From Octopus sinensis (taxonomy: Eukaryota), in the NCBI RefSeq assembly GCF_006345805.1, contig NC_042998.1, positions 61,504,001 to 61,568,000 on the forward strand: 64,000 nt of DNA. The letters run 5' to 3'. Position numbers and translations under genes: made by a program. The notes below the pieces were generated by a model. The model was given only the letters and a program-made list of their open reading frames with translations, was not told the DNA's origin and did not search any database. This document shows positions 12,163 through 24,635 of this stretch, one piece after another. Positions within the stretch are counted from its first letter, which is position 1; every line of letters starts with the position of its first letter.

Positions 12163-13330
12163 CAAAGGAATTCCAATTCTGTTTTTTATGTTTTATTTAT
12201 ATTCTTTATGATATTAGTGTAGAATATAGAATATATAGTATAAACAGTATATATAGTAAAATGAAATGAAGTATTGATTGTCTTACTGAATAGATGAAAT
12301 ATTGAATATCAAATATTAAATATTAAGTGACTAGTATACTTTCTTGCATTAAAGCAGTCTTCAAGGTCCCAGGTTGTGACAGAAGTATTTCAACTGTGGC
12401 TGACTGGTGGTCTTTTGTCCTTTATATACGTTCCTGTGGACAGCAGTAGTAGTTGTTTGGCTATTTTTAGAAATGATACCAAACCATTTTTCAATGTATA
12501 TTTTTAGAACTGATGACAGCAGTACTTTTTAGAGATTTTTTATGTTTTAGTTATAGGGATAAGATTTATAAACTCCAAATAAGATTAATTTAATCATTAT
12601 TTGTTAAGCTTGGGTTTGAATTTCTTAATAAAGACCTTTTTTCTCAGTTTTCTCTCAATTTCATTCAGGTTGTAAAGTTTATGAAATGGGAATATCATAA
12701 AAGTTTTCTGACCACATGTTGCCAGATGGTTACTCAGTGGTATTTGGCGGACTTCTGGGTTTTTAATTTGTTGTCAATGCACAAACGAGTGTTCTGAAAG
12801 TGCATTACCTGTCTGGCCAACATACAGTTCTTCACAATTTGGGCATTTGATGCAGTAGATTAAATTTCTGCTTTTGCAGTTCATGTTTGCACTTGTGAAT
12901 ATTTTCCCTGTTTTTGTGTCCATATATGGGCCGGTATGAATTAATTGGCATGTACCGTATTGGCTATCATTGCGTTTAGACACAGTGAATGGTTGATCTT
13001 TGTTGCTAAAGTCAAACCTTGCCTTTGTTAATAACTTTGTCAAGCTTTTAGGCTGTCTCTTACTGAGAGTTAAGGTTTGATCTGTAATTATATTTCTCAA
13101 TTCCTTACTTTGTGAAATGATTGGTAGGTTTGCTTTAGCAATATTGAAGATGTTCTGGTAGCATGGATTGTGTGTCACTATAAATGGTATGATTTGTTCT
13201 AGTTTTTCTCTTCTTTGTGATATCCTCAGTTGTTGTATGGATATTTTCCTCTACAATAGTACAGATTCTTCTGGCTAAGCATTATGGGATGTTACGTTTT
13301 GTATGCAGTGGATGAATCGTGCCATCCACC
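12160..13330 (-). mobile_element. 5'-truncated Neptune-type Penelope-like element (GIY-YIG end + terminal repeat)
   Basis: ORF 12774-13178: LSKRQPKSL, MNCKSRNLIYCIKCPNCEELYVGQTGN; hammerhead-like motif at 12327-12370; abuts (TA)n. Confidence 0.8.
12327..12370 (-). ncRNA. Degenerate type-I hammerhead ribozyme
   Basis: GGGAC-C(T)TGAAGA-CTGC..GCAA-GAAA-GTATAC-TA-GTCAC; palindromic stem III; one extra T in the core. Confidence 0.5.
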
Positions 13331-13339
13331 GCATAGTTG

Positions 13340-14650
13340 ACTAAAATCTCAATTAATATATAAACTAATTTACTTAAATGTAATACTACTCCATAAATAT
13401 ACCACCTAATTATTAAATAATGTATTGTCTAACAAAACTAATTCTCAAATTAAATTATATGTAATACGTTAAATCCCTTTATAAAAATTATAATAAAGTA
13501 TTCTAAATAAATAGATATCATAATTAATAACTATCATAACTTACAACTATCAATAAGATATATATAAAAATAATATTTCAACAACAACAATAATAATAAT
13601 GATAATCAAACCCAATACAATTCAAAAGCCAAATAATATTTATAAGCAAAAACCGCTACTTAGCTTGTCGATGAAAATAATATAACTGAATTTTAAACGT
13701 TAAAAAAATATATAGGCCTTAGTGTTTATAAAATTAAAATGCATGAAGACTGTGTAAACAAATAGAATAAATTATCAATGAAAATGGCGAAAACTATTTA
13801 TTAATGAAAAATACGGAAAACATCTAAGCCCCATGAATTAAAGAAAGGTAAAAAAAATAGTAGAACAAATGAACAATACACTATGAAGACATTCAACTAC
13901 ACCCAACAGTCCAACTACAAATCTAGTCAATAACAACAATGATAATAACAACAATCAAACCCAATATAATACAAAATCCAAATAATATTAATAAACAAAC
14001 AACGTTACTAATCTTGTCGATTAAAACAATATAACTGGATTTTAAATGCATAAGAATGTCTTAGCATCTTAATTAATATACACAATGCTAGTACAAGCCA
14101 TAAATACTGGGATCAAAACTAGGAAATGGTTCAAATATGCACAAATCCATTATATAAGCTAACTATATTATTAATATATATGTAGTATCTATAGATTTAA
14201 TATTTCACTCAATAATATAGTTGACCAAAATATTAATTAATATAAAAACTAATTTACTTAAATGTAATACTACGTGATAAAAATACCACCTAATTATTAA
14301 ATAATGTATATATTTCTTTACTACCCACAAGGGGCTAAACATAGAGGGGATAAACAAGGACAGACAAAGGGATTGAGTCGATTACATCGACCCAGTGTGA
14401 AACTGGTACTTTATTTATCGAGCCCGAGAGGATGAAAGGCAAAGTCGACCTCGGCGGAATTTGAACTCAGTAAGTAACGGCAGACGAAATACGGCTACGC
14501 ATTTCACCCGGCATGCTAATGTATTGTCTAACAAAACTAATTCTCAAATTAGATTATTTGTATAATACTAAATCATATTAAATAAATAGATATCATAACT
14601 AATAACTATCAGGAAACTATGAATAAAAATAATATTTCGACAACAGCAAT
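13340..14650. repeat. Diverged nested tandem duplications, one interrupted by a SINE with 8-bp TSD
   Basis: 13340-13600 ~ 14225-14650 and 13580-13720 ~ 13930-14050; SINE 14310-14516 flanked by TAATGTAT. Confidence 0.75.
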
Positions 14651-14657
14651 AATAATG

Positions 14658-14710
<53 letters not shown>

Positions 14711-14717
14711 GTTGTTG

Positions 14718-14776
<59 letters not shown>

Positions 14777-14777
14777 A

Positions 14778-15515
14778 TATGGCTTTGTAAGTTACTGAGA
14801 GAAAGCTACTATGGAAGGCTCATAGTATAATAACTATATAATAACATATAATAATATTTTATTCTCTGGTTCGAAGCAACAATTTATAAATACAAACAAA
14901 TGACTGAAAAATGATGAGCTAACCCCACACAGAATGAAACCCACAAATCAACACTAACATCCAATTGGCCAAATGCTCATCCATCAATTTCAGCCAAATT
15001 TAGTTAATATATACTTAAAGAGAAAATAAAATATTGTTACGGTATGTTATTATACGGTTATCAGTATACTACGAGCCTTCCATTGTAGCTTTCTCTCCAT
15101 AACTTACAAAGCCTTGCGCATTTCTTTACAAATATTATATGTAGTATGTCTTTCCATTCTGACTTCAAATTCCACCGAGGTCGACTTTATCTTCCATCCT
15201 TTTGGAGTTGATACATTAAATACCTGTTGCGTATTGGGTTGATCTAATTGACTGCCCCCACCAAAAACAATTTCGGGCCTTGTGCTTAGCGTAGAAAATG
15301 TTATATATAGCACGTATTAGACGGTATATATTAACTAAATTTGGCTGAAATCGATAGGTGAGTGTTTGGCTAATGGGATGCGCAAGAATTCCTGTTATCA
15401 TCGATATGTGGGTTCGATTCTAGCTGGGGTTAGTTCATCATTATCCTGTCACTTTTTTGTATTTATAAATTGTCACTTCAAACCAGAGAATAAAATGTTA
15501 TTATACAGTTGTGTG

Positions 15516-15553
<38 letters not shown>

Positions 15554-17090
15554 GGGGTGTGTGGGTGTGTGCATATATACATACATATATGTTCATGCAT
15601 ACATATATATGTATATGTATATATGCATATATTGGTACAGGACGTCAAAAAAACGTGAACAAAATGAAAAACGAGAACATAAAGCGAAACCTGGAAAAAG
15701 AATTTTTTTCGAACAACGAAAGAAACAAATAGAGAAATGAGACAGGCAACATAAAGAACGATCACTTCATCAGTTGTCCCCTGTTTTATCTACTCTGCAT
15801 TTCAAACGTTGGGACAAGACGCGACGTTGTTAAAACAGACGTTCCCCAGGTATAATTTTAAACTACATCAAGTAGCTTGGTTCGGGAATTTTAGGTTTTC
15901 GAAGAGCATGAAACTATCTTTGTATCACTGTTATATCAAACGAATAGAAGTTTGACGGAGGAGAGAATGGGAGTGGCTCAGCATAAACAATACCTGCTGA
16001 CTTGTGCAGTAACCTTTTGAGTAATTTATTGAGTGTAAACCCCTATAAATAACCTTGTGGGAGGGTCGTTAAGGCAGATATGTACGGTTATATTTAACTC
16101 ATTTCTAGTACCCTCTGCGGCTTCTCCTTTGGTTCTGAGAAAGTAAGGATTTGTTTTCCATTTGTGGTATATTGATGAGCTGAGAGGTGAAGGTAAGTGT
16201 AGTTTGAGCTAGGTACTTGCGTCTAAAAACAGTCAAGATACATCAGAGGTGTTTAGGTTTAAGGACCAAAGGACAACCAAACCAAGTATGTATATGCGTG
16301 TGTCTGAGTGTGTGTGTATGTATGTATGTATGTGTGACTGCATGCATGTATGCATATATGTACGCATGTATGCATCTATAACATTAAAAGCAGCAATCTT
16401 TCCAATGTTATTTTGAAATCACAACATAAAACAAGAGTTAAGGAAAGAAAATTATCATTTTTACCTCACAGAAGTCAATGTTGAAATACCAAGCAGATAT
16501 TTTGACGACTCATTCAACTGCTAAAAGTAAAGCTTGTACTGATATACTTTGCCAGCTGTCTTAAGCATGACGTAGATATTGTTAAAATAATGCCAGAAAT
16601 GTGTGGGTTTTGGTTCAAATTACCATAAACAAGATGGTCAAGGATAAGCTGTTCATGCATGCAAAATAGGCGAAAGAGTAGCTGTAGTCAAATGACTGAC
16701 ACAAATAAAAGAATACACACCCATACAAATACGATATGTGTGTGTATATATTCTGAGTCATTGTTGCACCACTACGAAGCACTGGAGTTGGGTTTTGCCC
16801 ACACATGTGGTCGATTGTCTCCATACATCGGAGAGCATTTGAATCAAGTGATCATACGACTGCACTTGAAATAGGACGGGGATAAAACCACCAAATATAT
16901 CGTGGCCTAATTTTTTCATTACCAATCAGGGCTTTGAATGCTATGTGTCGTTGCAATTAGATAGGAAGATATGTTTCTTTATTGGCCACACAGGGCTGAA
17001 CACAGAGGGGACAAAATACAAAGTAGAGCTTTTCCTTTTGGGAAGAGAAGAAAAATATAGTGGGGGGTAGAATTTCGATCAAAAAGGATT
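14778..17090 (+). repeat. Direct segmental duplication, copy 1
   Basis: Same-strand match to 36073-39905; near-identical over 15780-16804 vs 38080-39102; includes the same Tx1 3' junction. Confidence 0.9.
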
Positions 17091-20000
17091 GTGGAAAGAA
17101 GTGGAAAAAAGTGGGGGACGATCAGAAGGGATCGTGTATCACAGAAATGACATAATGTAAAAGGGAAAACAGATTAGGTTTATCCGTAGAAAGAAAAGCC
17201 TATGGAAAAGACCACGAAAACCTCGGGCAATAATGTCATGCATTCTTTTTCTGGTTCATAGGATTATGCTCAAGGTGGCATTGACATTCACATGTGCCAT
17301 CCTTGCTACATTCACCCATCTTTTTTTTTTGAAACATTCACTAGACGAAACTTCTCTCTCTACTCACACCTTTTTCTTCAAGTGATACATCAAGAAGTTG
17401 ATGAGAGATTCACCAGAGTGGAAAGTGTGTCTCTAGATCTTTCAGACGTCCACCATACACATTCTTTCGCTTAAGCCACAAGTACGATGAAAATGGTTCT
17501 TCCTTCCCGTTTCAAGGAAGGACCTCTGGCAATATTCATGATAGACTCGGTTGATAAACTGACTCATCACACATGCGAAAGAAATCATTCGACAGGCCCA
17601 CAGGTCGGAAATGGTTGGACACTGCACGAATGCGTGCAGAAAGGTTTCGTCACTCCGACCGCATCTTGGGCAGTTCGGCCTCGTGTTTCTCGAGCCATGC
17701 TTGTAGAGTTTATCCCGAATGGGTAGTGTTTCTCGATAGCACTGCCAGGCCAGGGATCTCTGAAAGTTGTCCATAGCTCCCAGCTCGAAAGTCATCTTGA
17801 GCAGGCGGGTCAGGTATTCTTCGTCGACGCCCAGGTTCGCCCCCAGATTGTTGTCGTGCCTCCCTTCGACTAATCCCCAATAAAATGCTTTGGTTGTGTT
17901 GGAGTTGCTCAAGGTCGACCCGGGACAGCATAGTTGCTCGAGAGCAACGTGATACTCGCGGTGCCATTTGCTCTTCCTCGGCCTCTTTTTGATCCACGAC
18001 TGCAGTTCGGTCATGGAGACGAGCTGCGGGAAAGCGCTTAGTACAAATGGTGACCACACCTATTTACCGTCGTCTACGTAGAGCCGGAGTTGTCGCAGTC
18101 GCAGCTCGTGTCTGCGCATCATCAACCACGGCATGTCCAACCCTCCTTTCAACGGGTGTTGGCAGCAAACGGATCACCTGACCATCAGAATGCTTCCTTT
18201 ACACAAGAAGCGGAAGAGGATGCGTTCCAGTTTGGTGATGGTAGGGTCGGGACAAGGTGCGACGGTCATGCGGTAGTGGATGACAGACGCGATGTACGTG
18301 TTCGCTACTTCCGCCTGAGCTTTTAGGGACAGCTTGCTCTTGGCCCATTGCCGGGTGAGAGTGGCCACCCTAATCGTTATCTTGTTCCATTTCTTCGCCG
18401 TTTGGAGGTCTGGACCAAACCAGACCCTGAGCAACTCGACCGGACCGTCGGTCCAGCATCACATGACAGAGGCGCTGGTGAATGGCATGGGCTTGCTTCT
18501 CCAGGTGCTGAGCCGCAAGCCCACTGACTTTTCCCAGTTGATTTTTTGCTGCTGTTACTGTTTCGTAGTCTTTCAGTGTCTCGCCGACCAGCTCGATGTG
18601 CTCCTGGCTAGACACTATGATGGTGACGTCGTCCACGTATGTGGACACGCTCGTCCCGCATCCCAATTCTCACGGGATGCCCCTCAACGTCGCCAGCTTT
18701 TGCAGTAGTGGTTCGAGAGTCAATACGTACAGAAGCAAGAAGAGGGAGCTTCCCTGACGGACCGAACATGCTATGTCGAAAGGTCTCAATAGATGTCCAT
18801 TCACGCGAATTACTGAACGGATGCCTCTGTACAAAGCAGCTATCCAGCCGTGGAAGACGGGCCCGAAACCAACCACTATGAGGACAGCCTCCAAGTATCG
18901 ATGGTCTACCCTATCAAAAGCTTTGGATTGATCCAAACTAATCAGGGCCCCACTCATGTCAGGTTCCTTAACTACCCTGTCTATGATGTAGCGCATCAGA
19001 TAGAGGTTGTCATGGATGCTCCGGCCTGACACGGCGCACGTTTGCGCCTTGTCGACCAGTTTCTCAATTACAAGTGCCAACCTCTTGGTTAACACCTTAG
19101 CCAAAATGTTCAAGTCTGCATTTAGCATAGTGATGGGACGAAAGTTATGTATTACGTTCTCCTTGTTTGGATCTTTCTTCAGCAGTGTTACGGCTCCTCG
19201 GCTCCCAAAACCGGGCTTGCTCCCGTTTTGCTGCCAGTTGCAGTACACTGCTGCCAAGACGTCTCCAAACAAGTCTGGCATACAATTGTTAAGCTCGTAG
19301 GGTAGACCATCCAAACCCGGTGATTTGTCCCTCGAGCATTCTGCCATTACGTCCTGCACTTGCGCTGCCATAATGGTACCTTCGCAGCCCTCTGACTCTC
19401 TTGTCGAGAGTCATGGCAGGCTGTGATGGTAGACACTGAAGTCCACCCTGCGTTCACGCTTGCTAGTCGTCCTGAACAGTCGGGCAAAATGCCGTTGAAA
19501 GGCCTCACACATTTTACTTGGCTCAAGTAATTTGCGCCCCTGTTCATCTACCAGAGACCGAATGGTGGCTTTGTTTCTCTGTTGCGCCTCCGCCACCTGG
19601 GCCTCTCACGCGGCTCCAACAACTTCGTTCCTTAGAGCACGCATCCTAGCCCTGACAACACACCCTTCGTGTTTAGCGTTGAATTGTTGTTCGAGGGCCA
19701 ACCTCGCCACCAAAACGTCGGATGCGAATCCACTTCTAATCGCCACTTCTAGCTTCTTAACTACTCTGTTTCTACCTATTGCTAGTGCTTTGCCATACTT
19801 AATCGCTTCTGCTTTTACAGATCTCTTGAGGGCCAACCACCATTTGTTGTTGTTGATGGCTCCCGTCAAAGCCCTCTTTACTAGCGTGCTAATCCGGTCT
19901 CTGAAAACCTGTCTCGACGGGAAAGACGCGTTCAGTTTCCAGTAGCCGGGACTGTGCCTATGTGTCTTATCTAAGTCTAGCGTATACGTCACAAATTTGT

Positions 20001-20760
20001 GATCCGTGTAGCTGACTATGTGGAATTGTGGACACCCTACGCTATCTCTATCTACTGTTCTACACAGTATCCTATCTAGATACTATCACGGTGACCCGAT
20101 GCGGTTACTCCATGTCCACGTTGGCGCATTCAGATGGTCGAGTCGGAACCTATCAGACAGTTGAAAGCGTCTGAGCAGGTGTCAGAGGCATTTGCATCCC
20201 CGTCTATTCCTATCTCTGCCCATGTAGTCTTGATGCGTGTCCAAGGTAGCATTACAATCCCCCACTAAAAGTAAAGGATGAGACATTCCTAGGAATACTT
20301 TAGACGTCGAAAAATATCTGGCCGACCTATTAAAGGCGGTGTGTAGACTGATACGAGTCGAAAAGCGCACCCATTGCTGCCGTCGACATACAGGACAACC
20401 AGTCTTCCTTCCGGGTCTACGAATATTGTTTTTACATCGAAGTCCAGACTCTTCCGAAAAAGTACCGCTGTGCCACTACAGCCTATTCTCAGCAGACAGG
20501 GATAAAAATAAATGTTAAACTGTCTTCCAAACATGGACTTTAGGGCCCGTGGATTATGGAGTCTGGTCTCACTTATGGTTATGGTTTCTTGTTCATGTGA
20601 CTTTATGTTGTTTAAGAGGTGCCCTTGTTTCCAAGGGTACCCCAAGCCACGCACATTCACACAACCAATGAGGTGTGTGTGTGTGTAAACACTAACAATA
20701 GGAACAGAGTCACTTACCGTTCGAAAGTTCTCCTCCTTCGGTTTTTCAACGAGCAGATCA
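16965..20760 (-). mobile_element. Tx1/L1-clade LINE ORF2 (APE endonuclease, RT, zf-RVT), frameshifted
   Basis: NVRGL, SETRL, LLVGDCNATLD (EN); KSPGLDGLPYE, FRPITMLNAD, SLDQSKAFDRVDH, VRQG, YVDD (RT); CPRCGRSDETFLHAFVQC (zf-RVT). Confidence 0.92.
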
Positions 20761-21379
20761 CTATAAAGGTTTTTGGAAGAGTACTCCTGGCATCTTCCAA
20801 CCGCATAGGGGTAATTGGATTTTAGTGTGATGCAGGGTTAGTGTGATGTGCAATATTTTAATGTATTCTGGTGGTGTTGTGTATCGGTGGTTGCTTGTTT
20901 TTATGTCTCCGTGTGTCAGGTTTTTTTTAGTGGTTTTGGCCAACTTACGTGGAGCCCATTTGAATAGCGTCTGTGTAGCAGATAGATTAATATAAATATA
21001 TATATAGATACGTATATACGTGTGTGTGTATATGTATGTATATATATATCATCATCATCATTATCGCTTAACGTCCGTTTTCCATGCTAGCATGGGCTGG
21101 ACGGTTCAACTGGGGTCTGGGAAGCCAGAAGGCTGCACCAGGCCCAATCTGATCTGGCAGTGTTTCTACAGCTGGATGCCCTTCCTAACGCCAACCACTC
21201 CATGAATGTAGTGGGTGCATTTTACGTGCCACCGGCACAAGTGCCAGACGGGGCTGGCAAAAGGCCACGGTCAGATGGTGCTTTTTATGTGCCACCGGCA
21301 CGGGGGCCAGACGAGGCTGGCAATGGCCACTCCCATAACACTTAAAACAAAACATTAACAGCATCAAACTCACTGACCT

Positions 21380-21960
21380 GGGGGAGGGCCTACAAAGGCT
21401 ATGGGCACTTCTCTTTCCCCCAGACACAGCAAGTTTTTTTAAAAAAGGGACATCAAATGACTTTTACTATCACATGTGTAGTAACTGGGTCTTCTGCCAA
21501 CCCATTCATCTCTTTTCTTATCACACTTGTTGTGTTCAAATTCTAAGGCCCTGCACTAATCACAAATCTCAGTTCTTCTTTCCTAGAATGTCAGACCCAC
21601 AAAGGCTATGGATACTTTCTCTATACCCAGACACAGTAAGTTTTTTTAAAAAAAGAGGACCTCATATGACCTTTACTATCACATGTGTAGCAGCTGGGTC
21701 TTCTGCCAACCCATTCGTCCCTTTTCTTATCACATTTGTGTTTAACTCCCCAGGCCCTGCACTAATCACTAAGCTCAGTTCTTCCTTCCTAAAATGTCAG
21801 ACCTCTGGAAATTCCTTCCCTGCTCTCGTCTGCCGAGCAGGTGTTGCTGTGCAACAATTTAAACAACACATTACTGGCATCAAAATCACTGGTTTGGAAG
21901 ACCCTTGGGGGTGGGGAGGCCATGGGCACTGCCCCTTGCTCTGGGTCCAGCAAGTGAAAA
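21380..21960 (-). mobile_element. Probable ORF1 remnant of the Tx1-like LINE, with ~205-bp tandem duplication
   Basis: Minus strand GRRPSCYTCDSKGHMRS CCHC-knuckle-like motif; 21395-21595 ~ 21600-21805. Confidence 0.5.
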
Positions 21961-22320
21961 GAAATACATATACAAATATCCAAACACACAAAAGTAACAT
22001 GGTACACACAAACATACACAAATATACACATTACAAATATTACACAAACATACACACACACACTCACACACACGCGCACACACAATTACACACATAAGTA
22101 CAAAGCACAGACACTCACACACACACACACACACACACAATTACACACATAAGCATAAAGCACACACACTCACACACACACAAAATTACACACATAAGCA
22201 TAAAGCACACACACACACACAATTACACACATAAGCATAAAGCACACACACCACCATTGGCCTTGTCTCCAGAAGCTCTAGATCTGGATATATTGAATTA
22301 TTTACAAAGTTCTTAGCAGC

Positions 22321-23640
22321 TTAGGTGTTGGGATTTGATCTGAGAGAACGGTATTTATCTCTGTGGAAGTTGGAGCACTGAGAGAATTTACTTTTACACA
22401 CCGACAACGGAACGTCCTTGTTACTAAGGAACACTTTATTCAACCAGTGTCTGAGTTGACCACCGGTCAAAGCTAGTTTACAGTCTTTTACATCCGCCTC
22501 ACCAAACTTAGCAACAGCAACCGAAAATATGAAACCAGTCATGAAAGCGTCAAACCCAGATGAATGTCCACATGGGGCTGATTTTGTATTTTTTGTGGAT
22601 TCCATGCTGTGAGAACTACCCAGCTTTTCATCTTTGGGGACAGCGCTACTTATGAGAGAATCGGTAATTGCTCTTATTTCCTCTAACATATAAGGTGAAG
22701 ACTGTCTGGAATCAGGCTGCAGACTTTCTTCCAGTTCACCATTGACTTGACGGTGGGGACTGTTACTTGTTGTTACTGCTGCTGTAGTTATTGTTGATGT
22801 CAATGACGGTGTTTATGTCAATGACGTTGTTGATGTCAATGGCGGTGTTGATGTCAATGACGTTGTTGATGTCAATGATGTTGTTGATGTCAATGACGTT
22901 GCTGATGTCAATGACGTTGTTGATGTCAATGGCGTTGGTGTCAATGCCGTTGTTGATGTCAATGACGTCGTTGATGTCAATGACGTTGTTGTTGTCACCG
23001 CTGTCATCGACACCGTTTCATCAATGTCCATTGTGTGAGATGAACTGCCATTGCTTAGTTCTTCAGAGACTCTGGAACAACCATTATCACAGTCACTAGC
23101 ATCCGACAAACCTTCCCTGTTGCCACCGTCGGATGGACGCACGTGTTTTGCAGGTGATGCATCGTCCTCATCCGATGCCAAGTTTTTGGTCGCAAGAAGC
23201 GCCGAAGCCATGCGCTTCTTCTGTTTCCGTTCATGCTTCCTCTTCTTTTTCACCTCTATCTTCAGCAGATTGTGTTCATCAAGATCCAGGATCAAATCCA
23301 CATCATTACTTTTTGTATACTTACGCCCACTGCGACACCAACCATGGGCGGCAAACATTTCGCAGGCAGTCTTGCAGAGTTTCTGTGTAATTTCTGAAAA
23401 ATGTCTCTTCTGCAATCCAAAATAACTGCAAGTCACGTCGGAACATTTGTTCTGGTAGTTGAGGAAAGATGTCGACACGAAGCTGTTGTTAACGTGGATG
23501 CTGCTTTTGTTGTTATCACGAATACATTTCTTGAAAACATAAAGCAAATACGAAGCCGACATTCTCATTACATATTCAATGAGATATTTTGTGTCAAAGA
23601 TCCCAGCTGAAAACATTTCGGATAGATTCGAGACGAAAGT
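22321..23640 (-). pseudogene. TOE1: 5'-truncated TOE1 (CAF1/DEDD-family snRNA deadenylase) pseudogene
   Basis: [36 protein letters not shown], basic NLS, GFDAFMTG and NKVFLSNKDVPLSVCKSKFS match recalled TOE1 motifs in order; in-frame TAA at 22815-22813; no acceptor AG upstream. Confidence 0.85.
22795..22990 (-). repeat. 18-bp coding minisatellite (LTSTTS)n in TOE1 linker
   Basis: About ten copies of TTGACATCAACAACGTCA. Confidence 0.9.
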
Positions 23641-23650
23641 ATATTTATTA

Positions 23651-23702
<52 letters not shown>

Positions 23703-23880
23703 GCATACATATATATATATATATACATATATATGTATGTATGCATATGTATATATATATATATATACATATATATGTATGTATGTATGCATATGTATAT
23801 ATATATATATATATATATTTGTAAAAAATGAAGTTCGAAAATGCTGCTGTATTATACAATTTTTAATTTTTATATATACA

Positions 23881-23920
23881 TTATAACATGTTTCAGTTCC
23901 TGAAATGAACCTTATCAAAA
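23881..23920 (-). ncRNA. Decayed type-I hammerhead in PLE 3' pLTR
   Basis: TTGATAA-GGTTC-ATTTCAG-GAACT-GAAA-CATG-TT; core mutated, palindromic stem III. Confidence 0.4.
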
Positions 23921-24189
23921 AAAGTTATATATAAAAAGAGACAGCTCATGCCGTCAAACACAAGAAATTCATTTATAATACACAACGGAGTCAGACATCT
24001 TAGAGTTCATGTATAGTTGATATATAGTTCATGTATAGTTGATATATAGTTTGAAGTATATGTTCAAAGTGTTCGATGCAGTGGCCCACGGTGGCGATAC
24101 GTATTCAATACAAAAAACAGATCAAAGTGGTGGAAAGCGGTCAATACAGAAGATTGATGTTTCCGAAAGAGCGAGGAATTCATTTTTAC

Positions 24190-24635
24190 CTTAAGCAATT
24201 GTGATGACCCATGGTGGAAGTTCGCTGGGTGGTTCTAGTGATTTTTTGTGAAATGCTCGGTTTTATAATGCCTGTTAGGTGGTCAATCTAGCGTAGCCTG
24301 ACGTCATCAATGTTTTGACCAATCGTTTCGTTAGGTGGCTTTAATCAAGTGGAACGGGACGTCATCATTATTTTGACCAATCGCTGCATTATAACTCCCT
24401 CTTGTTTGTTTCCTGTCTTGACCAGTCGCTTCGTTAGTCAAGCATAGCGGGACGTCATCCAGATTCTGCCCAATCACGACTTATAGCTACATTAGATCTG
24501 CCCCCTGTCTGTACTTGTTAGGTGACTATTCAAGCAGAAAAGGACGTCATCAATATTCTGACTAATGACTGTCCCCTGTTTGTATCCTGTCCATTCTAGC
24601 AGAGCTAGACGTCATCAACTTGTTGACCAATCAGA
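24190..24635 (-). promoter_or_regulatory. PLE pLTR Pol II promoter: five GACGTCA-N12-CCAAT units, TATAAAA, Kozak ATG micro-exon, splice donor
   Basis: GACGTCA at 24300, 24358, 24451, 24543, 24608; minus-strand TATAAAA 24267-24261; CCACCATGG with ATG 24212; AAG/GTAAAA donor at 24190/24189. Confidence 0.6.

Noticed and set aside
11480-12211. 243-aa ORF with internal repeats
   Set aside because: Antisense reading of RTE 3' UTR tandem repeats plus microsatellite
24300-24635. Repeat-spacer array resembling CRISPR
   Set aside because: Units are degenerate TF-site pairs with irregular spacing inside a eukaryotic retroelement; no cas genes
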